From positions 16,244,001 through 16,308,000 of the forward strand of contig NC_043016.1 in NCBI RefSeq assembly GCF_006345805.1: a stretch of DNA of 64,000 nucleotides, written 5' to 3'. A program made the position numbers and the translations under genes. Below the pieces are notes generated by a model that had not been told where the DNA came from, did no database searches, and worked only from the letters and a program-made list of their open reading frames with translations. Of the stretch, positions 39,908 through 50,996 are shown piece after piece (position 1 is the first letter of the stretch; each line of letters begins with the position of its first letter). This DNA comes from Octopus sinensis. Lineage: Eukaryota.

Positions 39908-40801
39908 ACAAGAGTTCCACATTAGACAAATAAAGCAATAAATAAATAGATAGATGGTCCAACAGAAAAATAGACAGATACAGAGAGAGACAGGCAGAAT
40001 GACCAACACAGACAGACAAATACAGGGTACTACCAGCGAATACTGGTCCCAGTGCGCGCATAAATATATATATATAGGGAGAGTTCACAAAAAAAAAACC
40101 CTCGAAAAGACGAAGACAGGTGGTGTAGAAAAGAAATGTATTGGTGGGTCGTGTAAGAGACCATAAAGTCAGGGAAAAGATGCACTCGTATATCTGTGTA
40201 TAGAGTAAGTATATTATCCGAAATGTATAGTATTATATACCCATTACAGCCGTGATGGATAAATAATACTGTACATTTCGGATGATATATATTCTGTTGT
40301 GTCTGGGGAGAGTCATTCTCTTTTAATGCCTTATAATTTAACACACGCACCGGTAATGTTGCCAATCATTTACTTTCTAAAACTTTCGTTGCGTCTTGAA
40401 ACCTTTTCAATAATCGTTGATTCTGTCCGAACGGGAAGAGTCAACGACTTTTATGTTTCAGTCGTTTGACTGAGGCCATGCTGGAGCACCAGTGAAAAGG
40501 TTGCGAGAAGCAACGAAAATTTTGTAAAAATAAAGAAGGAAATGAGTGGAAACTTTACCAATGAGTTTATTAAATAATAAGGCACTAAAAGAGAATGACT
40601 CCCCAGACACAACAGAATATGCTTCAACACACGAACTCACATAAAGAATCTTGCAAACCAAATCCCAAAACGATATACACACATATATACACACGCACAT
40701 GCATAGAAGAAGCATCGTGTCTCGTCGATGCGTAATTCAGGAAGCAATAACAATAATGAAAACTCAGTGTTTATAAACGAAAACAAGAAACGTATTCTTA
40801 C

Positions 40802-40811
40802 CTCGGTACAT
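40802..40811 (-). CDS. DELE1: DELE1-like coding exon 1 (10 coding nt)
   Basis: ATG TAC CGA G|GTAAGA. The strong phase-1 donor joins exon 2 to give MYRVFRARW..., and it sits next to a CpG-rich patch. Confidence 0.65.
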
Positions 40812-40899
40812 CTCAAGGGATAAATGCAAAAACGGGTATTAAATCTCCCCGCTCCCCACAAAAAAAAAAAAAATTCAAGTCTGGTAAATAATAATAAAA

Positions 40900-41140
40900 C
40901 TTCACTGAATCCCGTTCCTGAGCAGAAACGGACTACACCTCCATGTTTGCTTAACCGGAAATATGGACCGAGTGCAGTTACCTCCCTTGAAGCACCTGGT
41001 TTTCGAGGAAGTTACGGTGTGGGATTTACCACCCTGGGGGTGGGGGGTGGGGGAAATCCCACATTGACTTTTTTTTAAAAAAAAAAGAAATTTTTAAGGC
41101 AAAAAGAATGATAAACTCACAGGTTTACGCGCGACGTTGC
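40900..41140 (-). promoter_or_regulatory. Probable DELE1 promoter / 5' leader
   Basis: Local CpG enrichment, ETS-type ACCGGAAAT (40954-40962) and GGAAGT (41007-41012), and G-runs at 41034-41053. Confidence 0.5.
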
Positions 41141-41310
41141 TCTTAGACACATGGGAACTTTTCCGTTTGAACGGCAGTTTTTTCTAGCAGTGTCATATGA
41201 AATTGTCACCCATAATTATGACCCTAGTAGCGATCTATTGCATTTCAATCTGTTTTAGGGTTAGGGTGGGGGAAGAATATATTTTTTTCTTCACAAATGT
41301 AAATAAATCC

Positions 41311-42636
41311 GGATCTTTTCGGTTTGAACGGCAGTTTTTAACATAATTTCTAGGTAACTAAAAAATTTTAAACTTCGTATACTGGTAGAATGTGTTCATA
41401 AAACATCTTTTTCTCTTGGCTTTATTGACAAAATTCTATAGTTTGTAAGATGTTTAGTCTTTAATTTCTTACATTTCGGCAATTTCAACCAATCAATGAC
41501 CGTCTATTGAGGTGAAAACATTCTGTGCCGTATGAATATGTCCCTCGTTTAAGAAACAGATTGGGTTTATGGATCTTTTCCTTTTGAACAGCAGTTTTCA
41601 ATGCAATTTCTAGTTAACTAAACACTTTTAAACTTCGTATACTGGTAGAATGTGTCAAAATAAAACATTTTTTTCTCTTGGCTTTCTTGAGAAAATTGTA
41701 ATTTGTAAGTTTAACGTAGTTTAATTTTTCGAATTTTAACCAATGGCCTCTATTGAGCTAAAATCATTTGCTGCGTCTAAAACTGAGACAACATCCTGTC
41801 ACTAACCCTAACTCTAACCCTAACCCTAACCCTCACCCTAACCCTAACCCTAACCCTAAATTTTAGCCTTTCGTTTTTTTTTCTTAATTGTTAAATTAAT
41901 TTAATTGTTATGCGTGTGTCTAAAATTATTCGTTTTGTTTTTGTTTTGAGTTTTTGCTTTTGTTTTAGACTTTCGTTTTTTTTTCTTAATTGTTAAATTA
42001 AAATTATTTTCCATTGCTTTCGTTTTAGCCTTTTGTTTTTTTTTTTCTTAATTGTTATCCTTAAATTAATTTAACAATTAAGAAAAAAAAACCGAAAGGC
42101 TAAAATTTAGGGTTAGGGTTAGGGTTAGGGTGAGGGTTAGGGTTAGTGACAGGATGTTGTCTCAGTTTTAGACGCAGTGAATGATTTTAGCTAAATAGAG
42201 GCCATTGGTTAAAATTCAAAAAATTAAACTACGTTAAACTTACAAATTACAATTTTCTCAAGAAAGCCAAGAGAAAAAAATGTTTTATTTTGACACATTC
42301 TACCAGTATACGAAGTTTAAAAGTGTTTAGTTAACTAGAAATTGTATTGAAAACTGCTGTTCAAAAGGAAAAGATCCATAAACCCAATCTGTTTCTTAAA
42401 CGAGGGACATATTCATACGGCACAGAATGTTTTCACCTCAATAGACAGTCATTGATTGGTTGAAATTGCCGAAATGCAAGAAATTAAAGACTAAATATCT
42501 TACAAACTATAGAATTTTGTCAATAAAGCCAAGAGAAAAAGATGTTTTATAAACACATTCTACCAGTATACGAAGTTTAAAAGTGTTTAGTTACCCAGAA
42601 ATTGTGTTGAAAACTGCCGTTCAAAGGAAAAGATCC
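41311..42636. repeat. 1.3-kb fold-back with (CCCTAA)n and (TTAGGG)n tracts
   Basis: Arms 41311-~41910 and ~42060-42636 are reverse complements. Tracts at 41802-41859 and 42107-42146. Confidence 0.9.
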
Positions 42637-43960
42637 AATTTTTTTAAAACAAAGTAAATAAAACACAAAAACACAAAGTAAGGATTGACTAGTCACGACT
42701 AGGTAGCGCGGATGCGCGAGTGCGCGCACCGGGACCACTCTTCTTAAGTAGTACCCGCGAAAACCGGTTTTGAGAATTACTTATACTTGAACTCAGTTTT
42801 GGAAATTATTGGTTTTTTGCAAACCCTAGTATTTATGTATGTATGTATGTATTTATGTATGTATTTATGTATAGACATGGGGACACACATACATAAATGT
42901 ATGCATACACATACACACAATTATAGGGTGGATACAAAATTACTAAATGGAGCAAGATGAAAAATTTCTGATTTCTCGTTATTTTCTCCCTCCCTGTCTG
43001 AAACCATTCCATCGCATCGTCATTTTGTATTGCTGCATTATATTCAGGAGCAGGAATTGGTCAGCATTGTTGTTGTTGTTGAAGATGGGAGAGTTTGAAA
43101 CATAACCAGGTTTGCAGTTCCTCTTTTTTTAAGAAATATCCCCCAAATTTGACCTGTTTCTAATTAAGGTTGCCAATAGAATATCTGGATAATTTTGGCT
43201 GTTTAACAATCTTAGTTGGATTTCCAAGTCAATTTCCCCCACCCCGCCCCACACTAATGTCTGGTGATGTCTAAAATGGGGTAAAATGAGTAATGTCTGG
43301 TTCTAATAGTTTCTTCTCTTTAACTTCAGGGTGAGTAAATTTATCAAGAAAAGAACCACTCCAGCAGATCGGGAAGAAGCTACAGATGATATTTCATGTT
43401 GATGTTTTAGATTTAGTTGAGTTTCATTGATTTCATATCATGGTCATTTTTTATTTGACCTAGATATTTAAAATTTTTGTTGCATTTTTTTATCTTCCTG
43501 ATGTCTAAGGACAGACATTGATGTGTAGGAGTCTTTTCCCAAGTGTAACTCTGGAGTACTGAAGACACAAATTTAATTTGTTTTGTTTTACTCATTTTGC
43601 CTCTGTTAAGTTTGTCTTTTTGTCTTTTGTTCATGTTCCAAGAGAATGCAAATAATTTTCTGAAATAATCTTCTAAGTATGGTATGATGCTTTGAATGCA
43701 TTCACGGAAGGCCATTTGCTTTGCTGATATAGTTTTCGTAAGCTAGTGAACATTTAAAAAAAAAAGAAGTTTTCTCAAAATCAAAAATGCAGTAAAAACA
43801 CTTCATTTTACCTCCCTCTCCAGTCCCTCTCTCTCTCTATATATATATAAATTAAAATAATAAGGGTAAAAATTGATATTCATTACATTAATATCAATTT
43901 AAACCAGTGGCCTAGCATATTGAAAAAAATCTGAAGATTCAGAAAATTATATTACATACA

Positions 43961-44392
43961 TATAAGATGAATGACCACTAGGTGGACTTCTAATATGCTA
44001 AAGGTAGACCCCATATGGTCTGACCACTAAAGAAAAATTGGCAAACACCAGAACGTAAAGCGAGTAAGACAGATGAAAAGATACAAAATATAGTGATTAG
44101 CCACACAGCATGGTTTCATTGTTACCATTCACTTTACGTAAATGTCTGAAAATCCTCAGTGGACCATCATAGAAAACATAAAGGATTTAAAGACATTTAT
44201 GTAAAGTAAATGGTAACAATGAAACCATGCTGTGTGGCTAATCACTATATTTTGTATCTTTTCATCTGTCTTACTCACTTTACGTTCTGGTGTTTGTCAA
44301 TTTTTCTTGAGAACAATATTTCTTAGTGGTCAGACCATATGGGGTCTACATTTAGCATATTAAGAATCCACTTAGTAGTCATTCCTCTTATA
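43961..44392. repeat. Inverted repeat, about 190-200-bp arms with a 43-nt spacer
   Basis: 43961-44147 pairs with 44191-44392, with one short insertion in the right arm. Confidence 0.85.
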
Positions 44393-44404
44393 TATATATG
44401 TGTA

Positions 44405-44458
<54 letters not shown>

Positions 44459-44461
44459 CAT

Positions 44462-44520
<59 letters not shown>

Positions 44521-44714
44521 AAGAAATAAAGTATTCAGAAATCTGGATGGTTTTATATTTACAGATTTTTATTAATATGTCACATGTTTTTATAAATCAT
44601 ATATTAGCGCTTGCATCCACTCTAGTGGATTCTTCAGATTGAATTTTTTGAGGAGATTCGTCTCTTTTTATAGTATCATTGAGTGAATAGGGGTGGAGAG
44701 AGATATAGGATAGT

Positions 44715-45018
44715 AAAAGAGGGTGAGGAATGGGGAGAAAGTGAGAGAGGGTGTGTTTGTGTGTGTGTCTGTGCCTTTGTATCTGAACGGAGTGTCAATG
44801 GAAAAGAGAAGGAAAGGAAGAAGGAAGACAGAAAGAAGAAAAAAATGTGTTTACTTCTATGCAGCTGGTCAGTTCTTTCAATAGAATGTGATTCTTAGCC
44901 TTTAGAAATGGCAAAACCAGATGGCTACTCCAAGTGGGGTTTCTTGTTTTGATAAAAGTTATTTTTCAAAAAATTTTCTGGATTTCTTTTTATCATTGTC
45001 CAGTGAGAGAGAGAGAGA

Positions 45019-45053
<35 letters not shown>

Positions 45054-45285
45054 GGTGCCTGTGTATCTGAAAGGAATGTCAATAGAAAAGAGAAGGAAAA
45101 GAAAAAAGGAAGAATGAAAGAAGAAAAAAATGTATTTACATCTATGCAGCTGATAAGTTCTTTCAATACAAAATGATTCTTGGCCTTTAAAAACGGCAAA
45201 ACCAGGTGGCTACTCCAAGGGGTGGTCTGGTTTTGATAAGTTATTTTTCAAAAAATTATCTGGATTTCTTTTCATCATTGTCCAG
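44715..45285. repeat. Diverged tandem duplication, two units of about 280 bp
   Basis: Both units run GA/GT microsatellite...GTATCTGAA...CTATGCAGCTG...GGCTACTCCAAG...TCATTGTCCAG. Confidence 0.75.
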
Positions 45286-45559
45286 AAAGATACATACATC
45301 CATGTGTAAATGCAAACAAAAATGATGACAGCTGTAAACTCTTTGACGAGTATGATCATCACTGACAAAGCAATGTCTGTGCAAAAGTTCAGATCCAATA
45401 AGGCTTGCACAACACTTCATGGACCCTCTGTATCCTACTGACATGACCCAGAGACAAGCTGAGGTAAGATATCTTGTGCCAATATGGGCTGCAGGCTCAG
45501 GAATGCAAGAGTGCCGTGATCTCAAATGCAAGTAAAATCATCAAAATGCCCTGCAACAC

Positions 45560-46740
45560 TCCCTGTTTTATATCAGGGTGAGCTTCTCCTTTAGCTAAAG
45601 CTAAGGAGTGCTTCACTCACAGTGGTCTTCCAGCTCAGCACACACCAACTCGGAATTTCTGAAGGTCCATGTTATTGCTAGATAGTCATTGAACCTACAC
45701 TGGGTTCATCTGTCCTTTTGGCAGGTCTTATACACACACATCTTTTAACCACCAAGTCTCAAAGTGCATCCTTTCACCAAGTTTACAAACATGAGGCTGT
45801 TAACATCATAAGACTTTGAAGGCAGCTCTTTGAGCAGCATTCCTTGTCTGATAATCTTAAATACATGCCCAAAGAAGTTGCACGACTCTACCGCAATGTA
45901 TCATCAGATGAAATGATGAGCCTATATGAGTAGAAGACTATGCATGGATATGTTAGTAGAAAGCTCCGAAATGAGAGTAACATTGATCATCAAAGCAATC
46001 TATCATGGACCAACAACTGGATTACTACCTTCCACTTAGAAGGGTATGCATTTGCCATCCAGGAACAGGAAAGATCAACCAAATATCTGATGCAAAAGGG
46101 ACAGAGATGCAGGAGAAATAGTAAAATGTGACAACCGATGCAGACTTTGTGGAGTTAATACTGAAGATATCACCCACATCATGTGCAGTTGTCTGAAAAT
46201 ATCATCACAGTATTATCTACCGATGAGACACGATGTTGTAGCTAGGACACTGTATAATAAGATCCGTCAAAAGGATAACCCTGAGGACAAATAAATAAGG
46301 ACCCACAGTATGGTAGAGGCCATAGCCACTCATAATGAAAAGGAATACAGGTGGAATGTTCCAGTGAAGACTTCAACAAAATGTAAGCACAACAGACCTG
46401 ATATAATGATTTGGGATAGAGAAGAGAAACTGTGCACAGTTGTGGAAATTAACTGCCCAGTGGATGTTAACATAAAGCTGAAGATTAGTGAAAAAGAGAA
46501 AACCTATACTGAACTATTGAGAAATCTACATTTACTCCATCCAGATTACAAGTTCATGTTTATACCTGTAATTGTTGTGGCCCTGAGATATGTAACACAC
46601 TGCCTAAATACCAATGTTGAGGAATGAGGCTGCTCAAAACCAGAAAGGGGAAAGCTGATTTAAAGACAACAGATCCAGTCAATCAGTGGCAGAGTAAAAA
46701 TCTGTAAAACTTTCCAGAAGTTTATCATTTGAATATATAT
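45560..46740 (+). mobile_element. RLE-type (R4/NeSL-like) non-LTR retrotransposon 3' fragment
   Basis: EGYAFAIQEQ, CRLCGVNTEDITHIMCSC (CCHC), RHDVVA, NRPDI...EINCP...KEKTY (PD-D/ExK endonuclease). Confidence 0.85.
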
Positions 46741-46939
46741 GAGCATGTCTTGATATGCAACAATATGCATGAGAATACATACATAAAACAAAACATACAA
46801 ATCTGCATGTATACAAACATACAAAAATAAACAATGACATATACATACACATATACGTATATATGTTTTTATATATATATATATATATATATAATATTTA
46901 TATATATATATATAATGTTTATATCTCTCTCTCTTTCTC

Positions 46940-47327
46940 TCTTTTACTTGTTTCAGTCATTTGACTGCGGCCATGCTGGAGCACCGCCTTTAATCGAGCA
47001 ACTCGACCCCGGGACTTATTCTTTTGTAAGCCCAGTACTTATTCTATCGGCCTCTTTTGCCGAACCGCTAAGTAACGGGGACATAAACACACCAGTATCA
47101 GTTGTCAAGCAATGCTAGGGGACAAACACAGACACACAAACACACACACGCATATATATATATATATATACATATATACGACAGGCTTCTTTCAGTTTCC
47201 GTCTACCAAATCAACTCACAAGACTTTGGTCGGCCCGAGGCTATAGTAGAAGACACTTGCCCAAGGTGCCACGCAGTGGGACTGAACCCGGAACCATGTG
47301 GTTGGTAGACAAGCTACTTACCACACA
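46940..47327 (-). mobile_element. tRNA-derived SINE composite, head clipped by the adjacent MITE
   Basis: Near-identical to 50556-50962. Confidence 0.85.
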
Positions 47328-47328
47328 G

Positions 47329-47608
47329 AAGGACAAAAGAAAAATTCTAATGTCAATTATGCCAAAAAAATGACAAAATTGCCAGTAACCATTATAATTT
47401 AAGCGTCTCGAAACAAGCCGATAGAAATTACTAAAAAATCCATTATTACTGTATTGGTCCCAATTTCGGGGTTAATTCATAAGAATTTTCCCCTCTTCAG
47501 CAATAAATACGTAAGACATAAATGTTTTGAGACGCATAAATTATAATGGTTATTGACAATTTTGTCTGTTTTTGGCATATTTGACATTAGAATTTTTCTT
47601 TTGCCCTT
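47329..47608. mobile_element. MITE with about 85-bp TIRs
   Basis: AAGGACAAAAGAAAAATTCTAATGTCAA... / ...TTGACATTAGAATTTTTCTTTTGCCCTT. No clear TSD. Confidence 0.7.
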
Positions 47609-47708
47609 ATTTTATAAGTTATTTATAAATTTAACCTTTAAAGGTATTTTTTGATATGCTGGCCATTGATAAAATTAAAAAAAAAAAAATTTTATCCTAC
47701 ATTAGTTG

Positions 47709-47740
<32 letters not shown>

Positions 47741-47764
47741 ATATATAATATATATATATATATG

Positions 47765-47801
<37 letters not shown>

Positions 47802-47810
47802 TGATAAAAC

Positions 47811-50353
47811 GGTAAGATAACAAAAGAAAGAAAGAGACCTCAATATTATGTAAATAGAGGAAATTTATCTATACAATATGTTACATTACTCGGTAGTCAA
47901 GATAAAACTCTGAGTTTCAGATGCCGAAGTGGAAATCCACAACACCATCTCTTCGGTTATCTGGCTATTTGAAAACGTTATGAAAAAATACCGTTAAAAA
48001 TGAAGGGAAATTACTCTGTTATAACTCTGCTTTGCCTGCGTACTTATACATCGCTCGCATTTTTCGTCATAAAAATTATATAAAAATACATAAAAATATA
48101 TAAAAATATATAAAATCTTCTTGGGACATAACACAGAAAGCATGTTCTATCCGTTTTCTTTAGGGGACCAAAAACGTAACAGAAATTTAGTCACATGTGG
48201 GCATGATCCGAAAAGCTCTGTCCTTGTATTTAGACATGTGGTAGGGTCTAAGCTGCTTTTCCAGATAAGCCATCTCTCCATGTCGCATAAACCGCACCTT
48301 CCGCTGCCGTTAGTGTAGGGCTTACATCTGGCCAAAATCTTCCATTGTATGTTATAATCGACACCTTTATCTCTTAAAGACCAAATATGATTGGATAATT
48401 GGGTCGCTTTTCTTTTGTTCCAGTGCCTAAAGCTCAAAGTGTGGTTATTGAACCTGGCCTTGAAATTACCCTCTGTCAGGCCCACGTATTTCTTCGTCGA
48501 AACGGTGTCTTTAGTGGTTATAGAGTTTACGGTAGCTTCATATATGATGGTCTTGGACATGCAAGCTCCATTTAGCGGGCACAATTCTTTATTCCTGCAT
48601 GAACAGCTGTTTTCTTCTTGTGTTTTTTGTATGTTATGATTGATTATGTTTTTAAAATTGGTAGTTGAACTAAAACTAATTTTTAAATTGTGTCTATTGA
48701 AGAGTTTCCTATAAGCATGGTTAACTGGAAAATGTCTATATATCAGTGCTAGGAAATATTTACCTATATTGAAGGCCACCTCGGGTGAGTAAGGGGGCGT
48801 AAACCAGATGACCTTCCTATTTCTATTATTCCTTTTCCTTACTGTTGGGCTGGTGATAGGTGTATATTTTATTTTTTCGCTAAAACCACTATCTTTTAAA
48901 GCTTTATTATAAACTGGGGCAACGCTATTGAAGATGTCCTCATTAGATGAGAGGCTAGAAATCCTCTTACTAATATTTTTAACTAAATTTTTGAATACTA
49001 TAGGGGGATGGCATGAACCTACATTAATATAACTTAGTCTATCATTGGGCTTCCTATAAGGCTTATAAATATTATTATTAAGATCTAAGGAAACGTCTAA
49101 GAAATTGACAACCGTCAGGTTAGTGTCTATAGTTATACTAAGTCCGAAGTGTTTCATTAACTGGATAATATCCTTCCTAAAACGATCTTGTGCTGGTATT
49201 TGTATTAGCTGTTAAGGCGAGGGCATCATCTTTGTAGATGGCGAAATGTACGTTAGGGAATGTCTTACCGAAGGTATCTAGGAGAAAGAGTCCAATTAGA
49301 TCACAGATGCCTGCCCCATCATATGAACCCATGCTCACATCGAAAGCGCCCTCCGTGTCGGTGTTTTTTACCCACTTTGCATTCTCACTGAAAAGTAATG
49401 TCTTTCTAGCATGGAAGATTATATCCTTATCATTGGTACTAATTTCTATGAAGTCACTAGCGAAGATTAGGGCTTTATCTAGCAGTTCTTTAGAGATAGA
49501 GGCATAAAAATCAACAATATCGAATTGTGTAAACCTCGCTTTTTTCTTATTCTTAATAGCTTTAAACCAGTCTACGACTTCTATACTATTGGACCATTGC
49601 ACTAGCCTAGTATCAGTCTTAATTTTCGTATTTATTTTATCTAAAATTTCTTTGCTAATAATCCCTAGTTCTGACTTGGCTGGGTTGATAAGCCTACATT
49701 TAGGGTTGGAAGGAAGTTTTCTTTGTGATCTTTAATAGTAATAAAGGCCTCTTTTTGGGGGAGGGTTTCTATTTTTTTATCTAATTTAAGTTTAGCGGCG
49801 ATGACGCTAGCTTCTTTATTAATTTCGTTATATGTCTGTGCCCTAGCCTTAGTATAATTATTAGTAATGCTGTTGTGTAAGAGTTGTGTGTATTTGCTGT
49901 TATCTACCAGGTATAAGTTCTTGGTTTTCTTAGACTGGTTTAAAGCTATTAAGAATAAGAAAAAAGCGAGGTTTACACAATTCGATATTGTTGATTTTTA
50001 TGCCTCTATCTCTAAAGAACTGCTAGATAAAGCCCTAATCTTTGCTAGTGACTTCATAGAAATTAGTACCAATGATAAGGATATAATCTTCCATTCTAGA
50101 AAGACATTACTTTTCAGTGAGAATGCAAAGTGGGTAAAAATGTATTTTTATATAATTTTTATGACGAAAAATGCGAGCGATGTATAAGTACGCAGGCAAA
50201 GCAGAGTTATAACAGAGTAATTTCCCTTCATTTTTAACGGTATTTTTTCATAACGTTTTCAAATAGCCAGATAACCGAAGAGATGGTGTTGTGGATTTCC
50301 ACTTCGGCATCTGAAACTCAGAGTTTTATCTTGACTACCGAGTAATGTAACAT

Positions 50354-50361
<8 letters not shown>
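47811..50361 (-). mobile_element. Penelope-like element (Naiad-type) with inverted pLTRs
   Basis: About 220-bp inverted repeats at 47870-48091 and 50140-50361. RT plus C-terminal GIY-YIG on the minus strand, and an inverted RT piece at 49931-50139. Confidence 0.92.
48147..49157 (-). CDS. Penelope RT C-terminus + GIY-YIG endonuclease (336 aa open)
   Basis: NFLDV, RKPND, WFTPPY, CSCRNKELCPLNGAC, IIYEA...YVGLT, CGLC, GSCPH. Joined by a frameshift to upstream RT 49177-49602 (FDIVDFYASI, YKDDAL). Confidence 0.9.
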   Translation of the reverse strand: MKHFGLSITIDTNLTVVNFLDVSLDLNNNIYKPYRKPNDRLSYINVGSCHPPIVFKNLVKNISKRISSLSSNEDIFNSVAPVYNKALKDSGFSEKIKYTPITSPTVRKRNNRNRKVIWFTPPYSPEVAFNIGKYFLALIYRHFPVNHAYRKLFNRHNLKISFSSTTNFKNIINHNIQKTQEENSCSCRNKELCPLNGACMSKTIIYEATVNSITTKDTVSTKKYVGLTEGNFKARFNNHTLSFRHWNKRKATQLSNHIWSLRDKGVDYNIQWKILARCKPYTNGSGRCGLCDMERWLIWKSSLDPTTCLNTRTELFGSCPHVTKFLLRFWSPKENG

Positions 50362-50419
<58 letters not shown>

Positions 50420-50518
50420 ATAATATTATTAGAGACAAAACCACTATTTTACTATAAAATTGGATTTAATCCTAAATCTGATTTTTTCCCTGTAAATTTG
50501 GATTTATTCCCTAATATT

Positions 50519-50555
<37 letters not shown>

Positions 50556-50556
<1 letters not shown>

Positions 50557-50962
50557 TCTTTACTCTTTACTCTTTTACTTGTTTCAGTCATTTGACTGCA
50601 GCCATGCTGGAGCACCGCCTTTAATCGAGCAACTCGACCCCGGGACTTATTCTTTTGTAAGCCCAGTACTTATTCTATCGGTCTCTTTTGCCGAACCGCT
50701 ATGTAACGGGGACATAAACACACCCGCATCAGTTGTCACACAATGCTAGGGGGACAAACACACACACGCATATATATATATATACATATACATATATACG
50801 ACGGGCTTCTTTCAGTTTCCGTCTACCAAATCCACTCACAAGGCTTTGGTCGGCCCGAGACTATAGTAGAAGACACTTGCCCAAGGTACCACGCAGTGGG
50901 ACTGAACCCGGAACCATGTGGTTGGTAAACAAGCTACTTACCACACAGCTACTCCTGTGCCT
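50556..50962 (-). mobile_element. tRNA-derived SINE, full length
   Basis: A-box (50941-50951), B-box GGTTCAGTCCC (50898-50908), and an (AAAGAGT)n tail at 50556-50580. More than 10 partial copies occur in the window. Confidence 0.88.
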
Positions 50963-50996
50963 CAGGATATATATATATATGTATATATATATATAT

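Noticed and set aside
41802-42146. Telomere-telomere fusion site
   Set aside because: A fusion would read (TTAGGG)n(CCCTAA)n. Here the order is reversed, the tracts are short, and they sit within longer inverted arms.
43310-43340. Recursive splice site or 1-nt exon (TTCAG-G-GTGAGT, plus strand)
   Set aside because: No plus-strand gene could be built around it, and it is one base off the AG|GT pattern.
45340-45470. Plus-strand exon ending GCTGAG|GTAAGA
   Set aside because: The donor is good, but I found no convincing acceptor, partner exons or recognisable peptide, and it lies next to a LINE fragment.
48147-49860. Selenocysteine (in-frame TGA) at conserved Cys positions, as reported for some Naiad elements
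   Set aside because: The Cys codons I checked (PKCRL, CSC..CPL..C, CGLC, CPH; also at 62750 and in 9800-10100) are TGT/TGC. One position near 63870 is TTC, not TGA.
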